Part shown: positions 25,938 to 34,661 of the stretch, piece by piece
Layout of the letters: every line of letters starts with the position of its first letter
How positions within the stretch are numbered: the first letter of the stretch is position 1
From: a virus
Virus record (IMG/VR): IMGVR_UViG_3300029267_002476
Length of the DNA: 64,000 nt
Direction: 5' to 3' (one strand)
Position numbers and translations under genes: made by a program
The notes under the pieces: model-generated
Seen by the model: the letters and a program-made list of their open reading frames with translations, nothing else
Database searches by the model: none
Told to the model about the DNA's origin: nothing

Positions 25938-26777
25938 CTAAATATCCTTGCTCGTGGCACCCAGCGCCCGAGCACGTGACGTAACCCGCCTATCGTATCT
26001 CCTACTCCTGTGCCCAGGCCAATATGCCCACGGGCGTTCTGTATTATTATAGACAGCTCTCGAAATCATATTCTTCGCCGCCGCCTCTGTACTGCCGTTC
26101 AGCGAAATCATTAAAGCAAAATCATTCCGTCGAGGATAGAACCGGGATAGCAACTGTGCTGTCCCGAGATCGTATCCAGACTTCGGAAAGAACCTTTGCA
26201 ACTTGGCACTGCGAACGGCCCTTAGGACCTCTTTCTCCGTATGCGATATGGTCTTGCGCCGTGGTTGAATCAGACCGAGGTCATACGCCTTGCGCCTCGG
26301 ATGCAGCCCTAGCGCACATCGGTCAAAGTTGCTCTCATTGAACACTGTACCTGCTAACCCCCATGGATTCAGCACCGCGTACTTGCCACTCCTGGATCGG
26401 ATCATCAACTGCGAAGCCTCGTGAGAATACTTCACAATAGCGTGCGCATATTTGATCGCCAGATCTCGTATATCCTCATCCTTGTCAATAAGTTTTCCGC
26501 ACTCCCACCAGCCGCCCTCATGCTTCTTTATCTTGAAGATGCCATCAGCGATACGACCAATGGTGATCGTCTGCTCCTTGTTGGGGAACTTGTTCGACTC
26601 GACCTCCGTCTCAACCACCGGCTCAGCAACCTCTGCGTACTCCCATTGATCGTCAGCTGTCTCACACTCGTAATAGTCAGCCACCTCAATGCGACCGCTA
26701 TTTGTGGGACTGTTGACCGCAAACGCGACCGCCCCAACCAGAATACTCGATACCAACAGAATCATCGGAATCTTCAT
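25938..26777 (-). CDS. membrane-anchored protein, possible lytic transglycosylase (SLT-like)
   Basis: ATG 26777 follows a GGAGGAAG SD. Signal-anchor MKIPMILLVSSILVGAVAFAV. FNESNFDRCALG...YDLGLIQ resembles the SLT ES...GLMQ motifs. Confidence 0.4.
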   Translation of the reverse strand: MKIPMILLVSSILVGAVAFAVNSPTNSGRIEVADYYECETADDQWEYAEVAEPVVETEVESNKFPNKEQTITIGRIADGIFKIKKHEGGWWECGKLIDKDEDIRDLAIKYAHAIVKYSHEASQLMIRSRSGKYAVLNPWGLAGTVFNESNFDRCALGLHPRRKAYDLGLIQPRRKTISHTEKEVLRAVRSAKLQRFFPKSGYDLGTAQLLSRFYPRRNDFALMISLNGSTEAAAKNMISRAVYNNTERPWAYWPGHRSRRYDRRVTSRARALGATSKDI

Positions 26778-27073
26778 TTCGCTTCCTCCATATATGCAGT
26801 GTCGACCGTTCTTCGGCCACACACTGGACAAATCCTGTTCTCTTTCTGACTCAAAGTCTGGGGCGTACTCGATAAATTAGAACGCCACCCGCATGTCTCC
26901 ACAACCGTCTTAACATGCCTACACGTCCCCTTGAAAGTAAACCCAGGGCAGGAGCACCTAACGAACCCATTCATTATAGTGCCCTGCACCTCGTAGGTCT
27001 TATCCCCCTTCGAGGACGGAACCTCGACAGCGAAACTCGCAACCTCTGATTGACATGCCTGGAAAATTCTCAT
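26774..27073 (-). CDS. SWIM zinc-finger protein
   Basis: CSCPGFTFKGTCRHV matches CxCxnCxH. A second CPVCG pair lies near the C-terminus. Confidence 0.55.
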   Translation of the reverse strand: MRIFQACQSEVASFAVEVPSSKGDKTYEVQGTIMNGFVRCSCPGFTFKGTCRHVKTVVETCGWRSNLSSTPQTLSQKENRICPVCGRRTVDTAYMEEAK

Positions 27074-27081
27074 GTGGCCCT

Positions 27082-27708
27082 CTAGACCGCACGACCATAA
27101 GACATGCGCCTGCGCTCATGCCTCTGGATCGCCTCTTTGCCCCAGGACCCCTGCCAGTCAGCCCGACGCCCATACTTGCGATGCAGTCTAGCCATCTCAG
27201 GGAGGTTGTCTCCGCACAAGTAATCCCAGATGTCGTGCCACACGACAGCGTACCGTTCCCCCTTGGGCGGCCTATATTCATACGCATCGGCGTTAATGCA
27301 CTCAAACCTGTGCCCGTACCGATCGCGGAAATAAGGAGCTACCAAGTCAATGACATCGACCGACTTCTCAATGACGGTAACCTTGTCTACCGCCAATTTG
27401 TCTACAGCCGAAAGTCTCTCCAGCATCCCCTTCACAACACAACCAAGCCCTAACCCGTTGACCAGGCACAGCCTCTTGGCCTCCCGAACTGGCGATAGGT
27501 GATCCCTTATCTCGGCGGGGGTGTCGCTCATGATCACTTGACCCCTGCGATAGAGGCCAGTGTAACGCCCAGCAGTCACGTACCTGGATCCCTCTTTGAT
27601 CCTGGTCCACTCGGACTGCTCTTCGCCGACTGAGAACTTCTTAACCTCCCAGTCGCCCGACTTGCCTTGAGGGATCTCGCACCTCATAGATTCAACGATA
27701 TTCATCAA
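27082..27708 (-). CDS. class-I SAM-dependent methyltransferase-like protein
   Basis: Motif I-like CLVNGLGLGCVV, followed by VTVIEKS and VVWHDIW. Substrate unknown. Confidence 0.45.
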   Translation of the reverse strand: MMNIVESMRCEIPQGKSGDWEVKKFSVGEEQSEWTRIKEGSRYVTAGRYTGLYRRGQVIMSDTPAEIRDHLSPVREAKRLCLVNGLGLGCVVKGMLERLSAVDKLAVDKVTVIEKSVDVIDLVAPYFRDRYGHRFECINADAYEYRPPKGERYAVVWHDIWDYLCGDNLPEMARLHRKYGRRADWQGSWGKEAIQRHERRRMSYGRAV

Positions 27709-27733
27709 TCACTCCTTGCCTATCCGCAAAGGA

Positions 27734-27762
27734 GCAATAGCCCGATGGACGTGCTTTGTCAA
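27734..27762 (-). promoter_or_regulatory. sigma70-like promoter (GTTGACAAA, N17, TATTGC)
   Basis: Intergenic, about 25 nt upstream of the AAGGAG SD of gene 27082-27708. Confidence 0.45.
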
Positions 27763-27781
27763 CTAATTGATGGTTGGAATA

Positions 27782-28774
27782 CTACTCTTCTAGCCTGTTA
27801 CCCTTGGGGAAGAAATTGATAACTTTTTGATCTTCGTCTATGCCGCGAAACCGGTCGTACTCTATACACGCTTCGCTAATAGCCGGGACGATCTGTGGAT
27901 CGTAGTATTTTATATCAATGACTTTGCTCCCAAGGATCGAGATGCCCCTAAGACCCATGACCGGCTTGCAATACTTTGACCCATCTCCGTATCCCAGCTT
28001 TCGAATTCGCGCCGCGATGAACTGAGCCGACCTACCCAGATGTCGTCCGATGTCGCCCGCCGTCATCCAGCCCGGATCTTTTTGGATAGCTGGCTTGAGC
28101 ATTCCAAAGTCAATACCTGTTGTTCGCTCCGCCGCAATAATCTTGCAAGACATAACAACACTACTAGGCCGTCCGTGCTGTTCTAACAAGTCAGCTATCT
28201 CTTTTATTGCATTGCCTTCGGCTTGCCTTTGTAGCCTGCGCTCACGCGCCTCTGATAGAGCTAGTCTTCTCTCAGAAAGAGATGGGGCATTGTCTTCCTC
28301 TGGCTCATCAATTTCCTTCTCAACAATCTCCTTCTCGACAATCTTTCCGCTTACAACTTCCCTCTCAGGAAGATACGCGCCATCGCGAGCAATCTGAGGA
28401 AGAACGTCGTCAACGATAAGCCTCCGCAACTTTCGACCTGTTGGCTTGTTCACCTTAACCAATGCCATGTGCATCCCCGTCTCAAAAAGAAGAGTAAGAT
28501 GGGAAGCGTAGCCAACTACGTTTTCCGTAGTTGCCTCAAAAAGCCTTTTGAACTCGGCAAGTTCGCGACCCTTCAAGACAGCATAGTCCTTGCCTTCAAT
28601 AAAATCATCCTTCCATTCGTGCGTGATATTTGTACCCAGACGACCACCATTGTCGGAGTACCCAAGAGCCCTCCCGACGTCCTTTGCAATCCAGCAAGGT
28701 CTGCCTTTGTACGTTATCGTAGCGAAGGGGGACCCCTCGAACTCTCTGTTGAAAACCTTCACAATGTCAGTCAT
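27782..28774 (-). CDS. Bro-N domain protein (antirepressor-like)
   Basis: ATG 28774 follows a GGGAG SD. FNREFEGSPFATITYKGRPCWIAKDVGRALGY is typical of the BRO-N domain. Confidence 0.6.
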   Translation of the reverse strand: MTDIVKVFNREFEGSPFATITYKGRPCWIAKDVGRALGYSDNGGRLGTNITHEWKDDFIEGKDYAVLKGRELAEFKRLFEATTENVVGYASHLTLLFETGMHMALVKVNKPTGRKLRRLIVDDVLPQIARDGAYLPEREVVSGKIVEKEIVEKEIDEPEEDNAPSLSERRLALSEARERRLQRQAEGNAIKEIADLLEQHGRPSSVVMSCKIIAAERTTGIDFGMLKPAIQKDPGWMTAGDIGRHLGRSAQFIAARIRKLGYGDGSKYCKPVMGLRGISILGSKVIDIKYYDPQIVPAISEACIEYDRFRGIDEDQKVINFFPKGNRLEE

Positions 28775-28808
28775 GCTAATCTCCCTAGATGAACTACCAC
28801 GCACCATG

Positions 28809-30062
28809 CTAACGCATGGAGGTGGTTCCGTGCCTCAACGGACCAGTAATCTGGCACCTCCACACTTCGGACGGTTCCCGCCCGGATTGCTTGAAACCTC
28901 TCGATAGAATATTGATTGCGGCATTGTGATCGCGATTAGCCTCGAAACCACAAACAGGACAAGAATGCCACCTGTCCCCCAGCGACTTCTCGACATGCTC
29001 CCCACAACGGGCGCATTGCTGCGTCGTTCCACTCGGGTCTACTCGCTCAAACTGAGTGCCAGCTTCCACCGCTTTGTACTCAAGCTTTTGATAGAACATT
29101 CCCAGGCTTGCATCCAACATCGACCGATTGAGGCCGGATTTCTGTCTGATTTTACGACCCGGTTTCTCTAGCGTCCCCTTCGCCGACCGGATCATGTTTT
29201 TGATCTTGAGATCCTCCACAGCTATAAAGCAATATGCTCCGACTAGCATCGCAGAAATCTGATGAAGAAAATTCTTCCGTTGATTGGCGACTCGCCTATG
29301 AAGACGAGAAACCCTATCCTGAGCCTTGCTCTTATTCTTCGAACCGCGCTTTTTACGAGACGAATCTCGCTGAGCCGACTTGATTAGCTTCGAGGATTGG
29401 GCAAGATACTTCGGATTCTTTATCTCTATCCCGTTAGACAAATACGCAAGAACTTTAACTCCGCCATCAATACCTACTGAAGTGCGTGGATTTATCTCAG
29501 GGCGAAATACTGTGGTAATCGCGTGTCGATAACCAAACGTCGCAAACCATCTACCTTGTCGCCTTTGTACAGTGAGCGTTCTACGCTCTCCGTCCTCAAG
29601 AGGCACACGAGCCCTTCCTCGCATCGAGAAAAAACCGAGATTAGAAATCCGAAGTTTGCCACCTTTCTCCGTCCACTTCTCGACATTCCACCCTGCTGGA
29701 TCAGGATAGCAAAACGAATCATAGCGCTTGCGGTTCCTGAAACGCGGGAAACCAGCCTTCCCAGCTTTCATTTTGACTCGACGGAAGAAAGCAGAAAATG
29801 CTCGGTCAACCCGCCGAACAGTCTCTTGGAGAGCATGACTCCCAAGCGGATTAAACTCTGGCCTGTCGAGCTTGATGGCGGGAAGCTGATTCTGCTGATC
29901 GTTGTACGTGACGCGAATACCATTCTTTCGCCACGCATCACGTCGCTCTTGAAGCGCAGCGTTGTACATCTCACAGTGAAGACCGAGCCAACCAATTAAA
30001 ACTGATTCCTGTTTACTGGTTGGATAAAGTCGAAATTCGTAATTTCTAGTTGTGGTTTCCAC
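28809..30062 (-). CDS. tnpB: TnpB (IS200/IS605 OrfB) RNA-guided nuclease
   Basis: RuvC triad candidates GIDGG, AVEDL, RDHNAAINI. Zinc finger CARCG...CPVCG. GTG start. Confidence 0.85.
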   Translation of the reverse strand: METTTRNYEFRLYPTSKQESVLIGWLGLHCEMYNAALQERRDAWRKNGIRVTYNDQQNQLPAIKLDRPEFNPLGSHALQETVRRVDRAFSAFFRRVKMKAGKAGFPRFRNRKRYDSFCYPDPAGWNVEKWTEKGGKLRISNLGFFSMRGRARVPLEDGERRTLTVQRRQGRWFATFGYRHAITTVFRPEINPRTSVGIDGGVKVLAYLSNGIEIKNPKYLAQSSKLIKSAQRDSSRKKRGSKNKSKAQDRVSRLHRRVANQRKNFLHQISAMLVGAYCFIAVEDLKIKNMIRSAKGTLEKPGRKIRQKSGLNRSMLDASLGMFYQKLEYKAVEAGTQFERVDPSGTTQQCARCGEHVEKSLGDRWHSCPVCGFEANRDHNAAINILSRGFKQSGREPSEVWRCQITGPLRHGTTSMR

Positions 30063-30085
30063 TTTGCTTCCCTATCATAGTTTCA

Positions 30086-30496
30086 ATGCTGCAACAAGAC
30101 CTAAGATGCCATGCACACTGCGTATTTCGCATATTCTACCACATAGTCTTTGTCACTAAGTACCGACACAAAGCTCTTTCTGATCCAATCCTGGAACGTC
30201 TGGGCGACCACTTTCGAAGAGTTTGCGAAAATGCAGGCTGCAAACTCACCGAATACAATGGCGAACGTGACCATGTACACTTGCTCATTGATGCTCATCC
30301 AAACATCCAGCCGAGCAAACTCGTAAACACACTCAAAACAATTAGCTCTCGCGAAATCCGACGTGAGTTCGAAGGTGAACTCAAAAAATACTACTGGAAA
30401 CCCGTACTGTGGAATCGGGCATACTGCGTGCTCTCGGCTGGCGGAGCCCCTCTTGAAGTAATAAAACGATATATCCAAAATCAAAATGGCGGCTAA
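30086..30496 (+). CDS. tnpA: IS200/IS605 Y1 (HUH) transposase TnpA
   Basis: YHIVFVTKYR, HUH motif HVHLLI, and catalytic Tyr context KRYIQNQ. The track start at 30050 would overlap the tnpB start. Confidence 0.8.
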   Translation: MLQQDLRCHAHCVFRIFYHIVFVTKYRHKALSDPILERLGDHFRRVCENAGCKLTEYNGERDHVHLLIDAHPNIQPSKLVNTLKTISSREIRREFEGELKKYYWKPVLWNRAYCVLSAGGAPLEVIKRYIQNQNGG

Positions 30497-30527
30497 CTCC
30501 ATCCTACGCTGCGCTTAGAGGATGGAG
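30497..30527. promoter_or_regulatory. hairpin CTCCATCC-N15-GGATGGAG at the tnpA-proximal IS end
   Basis: 8-bp stem read directly. The loop contains the stop of convergent gene 30515-30949. Confidence 0.6.
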
Positions 30528-30949
30528 AATGCGCCGCCCGGATCCAGCTTCATCTCACCAATGTGGGCAATGCCAACACCGGAGGCATGCTCCATCCAAT
30601 AATACGCCTCTTTTCGGGTTACCCCCCCCTCTTTCCACAATAGATCAAAAACCTCGTGTGCCTTCTTACGCCAGTCCTTGCCCTCCTGATTTGTCGGGAT
30701 ACCCAGCGGCCTCCCGTCCGGATGGCACCCAATAGACCCGTTGCACCCAGTTTCGAAGAAATTAACGCAACCGTAAAAATGCCTTCGATACCTCTTAGAG
30801 AACCGACGCTTCAGCTTCCCGTCACACATGGGACAGTCGAAGTCCTGCTCTGGGGCCAAACCTGGCCTTTGAACAAACTCTCGTCTCGGTATACGCTCTC
30901 CTGCTGCTTTGGGATTCAAACCATTAGGAAGATGGTCAATACGTGACAT
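30515..30949 (-). CDS. zinc-finger protein (topoisomerase-type C4 ribbon-like)
   Basis: CPMCDGKLKRRFSKRYRRHFYGCVNFFETGC. 144 aa. Confidence 0.45.
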   Translation of the reverse strand: MSRIDHLPNGLNPKAAGERIPRREFVQRPGLAPEQDFDCPMCDGKLKRRFSKRYRRHFYGCVNFFETGCNGSIGCHPDGRPLGIPTNQEGKDWRKKAHEVFDLLWKEGGVTRKEAYYWMEHASGVGIAHIGEMKLDPGGAFSIL

Positions 30950-31250
30950 CCAAGTTCTTACCCCTTTGTCTCATCGCTGCCTCCGAGTCGTCCAACTGGG
31001 CGGGTCTAGCCCATTGCCTCGGCTGATGTAGCCTGCCGCTCCCACCGTCAGGACCAGGGAGCAGCTCATTATGCCACTCTATTGCGCGTATCGATTGTCT
31101 CATGCTCATATTGCATTCTCGGCACAGCCTTACGCGAACAATATCTCGGCTTTCTGACTCTGTGAAAAAATGGACGTTCACGGACCGCATCTCATCTCTC
31201 GGAACCACCACCCCGCATCTCTTGCACGCTGCATAATTCATACTCTGCAC
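30936..31250 (-). CDS. hypothetical zinc-ribbon protein
   Basis: CKRCG...CRECN. The start may be 31250 or 31241. Confidence 0.4.
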   Translation of the reverse strand: MQSMNYAACKRCGVVVPRDEMRSVNVHFFTESESRDIVRVRLCRECNMSMRQSIRAIEWHNELLPGPDGGSGRLHQPRQWARPAQLDDSEAAMRQRGKNLDVTY

Positions 31251-31410
31251 CTCTATCGGTGTCCTCTTTGTGCCCTCCCTTGATCCCCTGGTAGAACAAC
31301 TCGATACCCAGGATCACAACTAAAAACACAAAAAAAACAACCCACCGAGACCTCTCGCCTCGGACACGTTCATCCTCCTCCCACGGGAGGACCAATTCTG
31401 CTCTCTTCAT
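31192..31410 (-). CDS. small membrane protein (tentative)
   Basis: 72 aa. TM segment WVVFFVFLVVILGIELF. 59-nt overlap with the next ORF. Confidence 0.35.
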   Translation of the reverse strand: MKRAELVLPWEEDERVRGERSRWVVFFVFLVVILGIELFYQGIKGGHKEDTDRGAEYELCSVQEMRGGGSER

Positions 31411-31456
31411 CTGTTCGCCCCTTCAACTCATGCAACATTCAACTTATAGCAGATTT

Positions 31457-31768
31457 TTAAACTATGGCGATAATGTCTCCCGCCACGACAGCACACAAAT
31501 CCTTGTCGCCGACCTCGAAGTCAGTACCGACGAATCTGCCAATAACAACCTTGTCTCCAACGTTGATACCATCAACGTCCGGCCCTACACCTACGACACA
31601 CGCCGTTTGGGGAGGCTTCTCGGCACTAGCCGGGAGAACAATCCCGCCAGGGCTCATTTGCTCGCTGCCTTCGGCCTTGTCGCGCTCGACGACAACATAC
31701 CCGCCTAACACTTTCATCTCTTCAGCAACCGCTTCTCCGCATTTTGAATCACAACTACAATCGCTCAT
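31457..31768 (-). CDS. groS: GroES/Cpn10-like co-chaperonin
   Basis: KVLGGYVVVERDK...GGIVLP...VVGVGP...GDKVV...AIV follows the GroES pattern. ATG 31768 overlaps the upstream stop (ATGA). Confidence 0.7.
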   Translation of the reverse strand: MSDCSCDSKCGEAVAEEMKVLGGYVVVERDKAEGSEQMSPGGIVLPASAEKPPQTACVVGVGPDVDGINVGDKVVIGRFVGTDFEVGDKDLCAVVAGDIIAIV

Positions 31769-31974
31769 TGGTTCTCTGCCCTCCACTTTAGACATTTCTG
31801 ACCTATTTCCATAATGCGCCGCCTGTCCTCGCGAGTGACACTCTGGGACGTGACGCAATTACAACCTCGTCTTTTTTTCGCCGCCGCCATAAAGGCAATC
31901 TCCTCATCTGAGAGGACCATCTCACCCACGGCCTCTGCAAGGCCAAACGACTCCAAGATTCCTACCACTCTCAC
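31765..31974 (-). CDS. hypothetical protein
   Basis: 69-aa ORF. Confidence 0.4.
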   Translation of the reverse strand: MRVVGILESFGLAEAVGEMVLSDEEIAFMAAAKKRRGCNCVTSQSVTREDRRRIMEIGQKCLKWRAENQ

Positions 31975-32264
31975 CGAGTGTTCTCCAGAATTAAATCTGT
32001 TTCTTCGATTCCCTCATCTGGCAACAGAACCGATATACGGCCTTGGCCATCCCATCGGCAAGCCAGTCGTCCGACCGGACCAAAGAGAGATTCGTATACA
32101 GGTCCCCAGATGCTAAAGCTCGTCTTAATCGGACCAGACGCCTCCGCCTGCTGGACTCCATGAAATGGAGCCACCGCCCGTTCTGCCCATGCCCTAAGAG
32201 CCTCTGGGCCTGGTTCTGCTGTATTTTCACACCTCAATGATATACCCTGCTTTCTAAAGTGCAT
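31971..32264 (-). other. 97-aa ORF or tnpB-associated omega-RNA/right-end region (unresolved)
   Basis: It lies immediately 3' of tnpB. Several reading frames are open on both strands. Multiple local hairpins, for example CTCCATttcATGGAG. Confidence 0.3.
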
Positions 32265-33446
32265 TCAAACACTTTCGCGCCTGACACAGCTTAGTTCCCG
32301 ATTCACCGAAGCTGGTTTCACGAACAGATCACTGCTCGCCAGGGCCTTCTTCTCCACGGGCGTCACTTCGGGCAAAGCCTGCCCTAGTTTTTTCAAATTT
32401 ACAGCGGCATTGATGTCTCGGTCGTGTGAAGATCCGCACTCCGGACAATCCCATTTTCGGGTGCCTAATGACAAAATATCCAGTTTGAACCCACAATCCG
32501 AACACGTCTTCGACGACGGATACCAGCGATCAGCCACTACTAAACGACCACCGTGATCCGCAACCTTGTACTCAATCTGCCGTCGAAACTCCCCAAACCC
32601 CACGTCGGAAATAGCCCGCGACAGATACCGGTTGCGGACCATGCCCTTCAAGTTCAGGTCTTCAATGACCACTGTACCAAATCGCTGTACTAACCCCGTT
32701 GTCAGCTTGTGCAGCGCGTCGTTGCGGACACACGACACTCGATAATGAAACCGCGCCAACTTTTGCTTGGCCTTCCACCGACGATTCGACCCCTTCTGCT
32801 TGCGGGACAACTGCCGACTCAACCTCTGCAACTTCGCCAATGACTTCTTTAACGGCTTCGGTGCCTCGAACTTCTCCCCAGTGGATAATGTCGCCAGCGA
32901 CTTGATTCCCAGGTCCACCCCAACCACGGCTTGGTTCTCGCTCGTTGTCAGAGTTTTAGGAATATCCACCGCTATTGACACAAACCACTTGTGAGCTGTT
33001 CTTGACACCACCGCTGAAGTTATCTTTCCCGTGAAACGAAGCTCTTCCCTCATCCTTATCCACCCAATACGCGGAATCCGGATTCTCTGGCCATCTACTG
33101 CAAGTCTATCGCTCGACACATAGAAGCTATCACGGACACCTTTCTTCTTGAACCGAGGATACTTCCCTCTTTTTTTAAAAAAACTCTGATAGGCTTTTTC
33201 AACATTCATGAACGGCCGTGCCGTCGCATCACGTAACACTTCCCCAGTCCATGAAAAATCGACATGGCGAATGGCATTAAACTGCTTCCTCAATGCAAAC
33301 CCACTTGGATCCCCGCCCAGATCATACTGCCTCTTCCACTCAGCCAACGCCCAGTTGTATGTGAACCGCGACACTCCGCACGCTCGCCGAAAATACCTCT
33401 CCTGACGAGGGGTCGAATCGAGTGCTATTTTATGGCTACGATTCAA
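32265..33446 (-). CDS. tnpB: TnpB-family RNA-guided nuclease, solo copy (no adjacent tnpA)
   Basis: VGVDLGIKS, VVIEDLNLKGM, HDRDINAAVNL and zinc finger CSDCG...CPECG. It differs clearly from the copy at 28809-30062. Confidence 0.85.
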   Translation of the reverse strand: MNRSHKIALDSTPRQERYFRRACGVSRFTYNWALAEWKRQYDLGGDPSGFALRKQFNAIRHVDFSWTGEVLRDATARPFMNVEKAYQSFFKKRGKYPRFKKKGVRDSFYVSSDRLAVDGQRIRIPRIGWIRMREELRFTGKITSAVVSRTAHKWFVSIAVDIPKTLTTSENQAVVGVDLGIKSLATLSTGEKFEAPKPLKKSLAKLQRLSRQLSRKQKGSNRRWKAKQKLARFHYRVSCVRNDALHKLTTGLVQRFGTVVIEDLNLKGMVRNRYLSRAISDVGFGEFRRQIEYKVADHGGRLVVADRWYPSSKTCSDCGFKLDILSLGTRKWDCPECGSSHDRDINAAVNLKKLGQALPEVTPVEKKALASSDLFVKPASVNRELSCVRRESV

Positions 33447-33452
33447 CTGCCC

Positions 33453-33689
33453 TTACCTCTTCATATCCTCTCTGAAGACTCCATCAGGAGCAATTATGTA
33501 CCCCCCAGAGCGAAGATAATCCATCTCTTCTTCCGACGCTGACATAATACATGCTGGGAAAGACGTGAACATCATATACGCCAAAACTGGCCCAAACGCA
33601 TCACCATCTCCAACCTGAAGCAGCAACTCTTTTCCGCACTTCACGGTGTCCACTTCAATAATAGATCCGGTCATGTGTTGCAGCCTCAT
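33453..33689 (-). CDS. hypothetical protein
   Basis: 78-aa ORF ending 6 nt before the tnpB start. Confidence 0.45.
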   Translation of the reverse strand: MRLQHMTGSIIEVDTVKCGKELLLQVGDGDAFGPVLAYMMFTSFPACIMSASEEEMDYLRSGGYIIAPDGVFREDMKR

Positions 33690-33720
33690 AAAGATCGATT
33701 ACCACGTCAATTCTAAAACG

Positions 33721-33936
33721 TCAACTTGCTGCATATCCCGGATTTAGCCACTGATTAGCAACCGTTCGACCGCCCTGGTCTGCCACGTACTCAGAGACAG
33801 ACGCGCCCCACCTTGTTGCGATAGTGCTCGCCCTCTCCTCGGTGGTGAACACCCCGTATACAACCACGTCGACCCGCTGAATGGTTCCCGTGGAGCTTTT
33901 CTCTTCCGACGTCTTGGAAACAACATACAATGTCAT
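33721..33936 (-). CDS. hypothetical protein
   Basis: 71 aa. The start lies 12 nt from palindrome copy 6. GGGAG SD. Confidence 0.5.
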   Translation of the reverse strand: MTLYVVSKTSEEKSSTGTIQRVDVVVYGVFTTEERASTIATRWGASVSEYVADQGGRTVANQWLNPGYAAS

Positions 33937-33948
33937 ACTGATCTCCCG

Positions 33949-33964
33949 GCGAACTTGAGTTCGC
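33949..33964. promoter_or_regulatory. palindrome family copy 6 (GCGAACTTGAGTTCGC)
   Basis: Perfect. It abuts the upstream TAG stop and lies 12 nt from ATG 33936. Confidence 0.8.
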
Positions 33965-34323
33965 TACCGTTTCCTCTTTGCTGGCTTCTTTTTTGCCCTC
34001 TTAGGCTGCCTTTTTCGCCAACCAGTGCGACCGATCATTTTGTACCGATACTGATCGCGTATCTGAGCCCACATGAACTTACCCTTGCTTCTGGCGTTGA
34101 TCATGTGGTGGTAGACCAAAAACGGGACATCGAAGTACTTGTAGATATTCCCCGAGACCTGAGATCGGCGAGTTGTGGAATCCTTCCAATATCGGATGTA
34201 CAGGATCCCTTTTAGATAGTCGTACCCCACCGAATGGACGTTGGAACTCTCAACTTCCTGCATTGCAGGTATTGATTCAGCTTCAATCATTTTTGCCTCT
34301 ATCAGTGCCCTCATGAATCCCAT
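33964..34323 (-). CDS. KTSC-domain protein with basic tail
   Basis: VESSNVHSVGYDYLKGILYIRY...YKYFDVPFLVYHHMINARSKGKFMW matches the KTSC pattern. Confidence 0.5.
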   Translation of the reverse strand: MGFMRALIEAKMIEAESIPAMQEVESSNVHSVGYDYLKGILYIRYWKDSTTRRSQVSGNIYKYFDVPFLVYHHMINARSKGKFMWAQIRDQYRYKMIGRTGWRKRQPKRAKKKPAKRKR

Positions 34324-34376
34324 ATTACATCACACGGGCTTGCAAGCAAAAATAAAAGGCGAGGCAGAAGGATGGA

Positions 34377-34658
34377 TTACCCGCAGATTACGCCCGGCGC
34401 AGCAGCCGCCTCAGCCGCCTCAGCGGACTCATTGGCAATGCGTTGTTTCCGACTTGGAACCGGCGTCACGCATCCGCACGCCTCGCACTCAATGAAAAGA
34501 TCCCCTGGGGAATTGGGGCTGTGAACCCCCTTGGTCTTGCTGGATTTACACTTCGGACAACCTTGACTCATTGCACCCTCCTCTTTTTTGGGTCTCTCTA
34601 CGACCAAAGGGGAGTCGACTAGATAGCCGCTCCCCTCGGTTAAGGCAGGATTTTTCAA
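34377..34658 (-). CDS. zinc-ribbon protein
   Basis: CPKCKS...CEACGC. 93 aa. Confidence 0.45.
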   Translation of the reverse strand: MKNPALTEGSGYLVDSPLVVERPKKEEGAMSQGCPKCKSSKTKGVHSPNSPGDLFIECEACGCVTPVPSRKQRIANESAEAAEAAAAPGVICG

Positions 34659-34661
34659 AGG

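Larger units (their letters stand above)
28780..30528. mobile_element. IS200/IS605-family insertion sequence (divergent tnpA and tnpB); ends approximate
   Basis: Y1 transposase and TnpB lie back to back. A subterminal hairpin sits at 30497-30527. There is a structured tnpB 3' region at 28800-28861. Confidence 0.6.

Noticed and set aside
27000-27610. Minus-strand ORFs 27000-27305 and 27368-27610
   Set aside because: They are out-of-frame overlaps of the SWIM and SAM-methyltransferase genes, have Arg/Gly-rich composition, and leave no independent space.
28541-28565. Imperfect palindrome-like GAACTCGGCAAGTTCGC inside the Bro-N gene
   Set aside because: The insertion of extra central bases breaks the 16-bp symmetry. 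It lies in ordinary coding sequence (RELAEFK) and is probably chance.
30101-30502. 133-aa minus-strand ORF
   Set aside because: It is antisense to tnpA, whose HUH and Tyr motifs are unambiguous.
31457-31858. Longer 133-aa version of the GroES ORF
   Set aside because: The first 30 residues have no GroES counterpart and overlap the upstream ORF. ATG 31768 overlaps the upstream stop in an ATGA junction.
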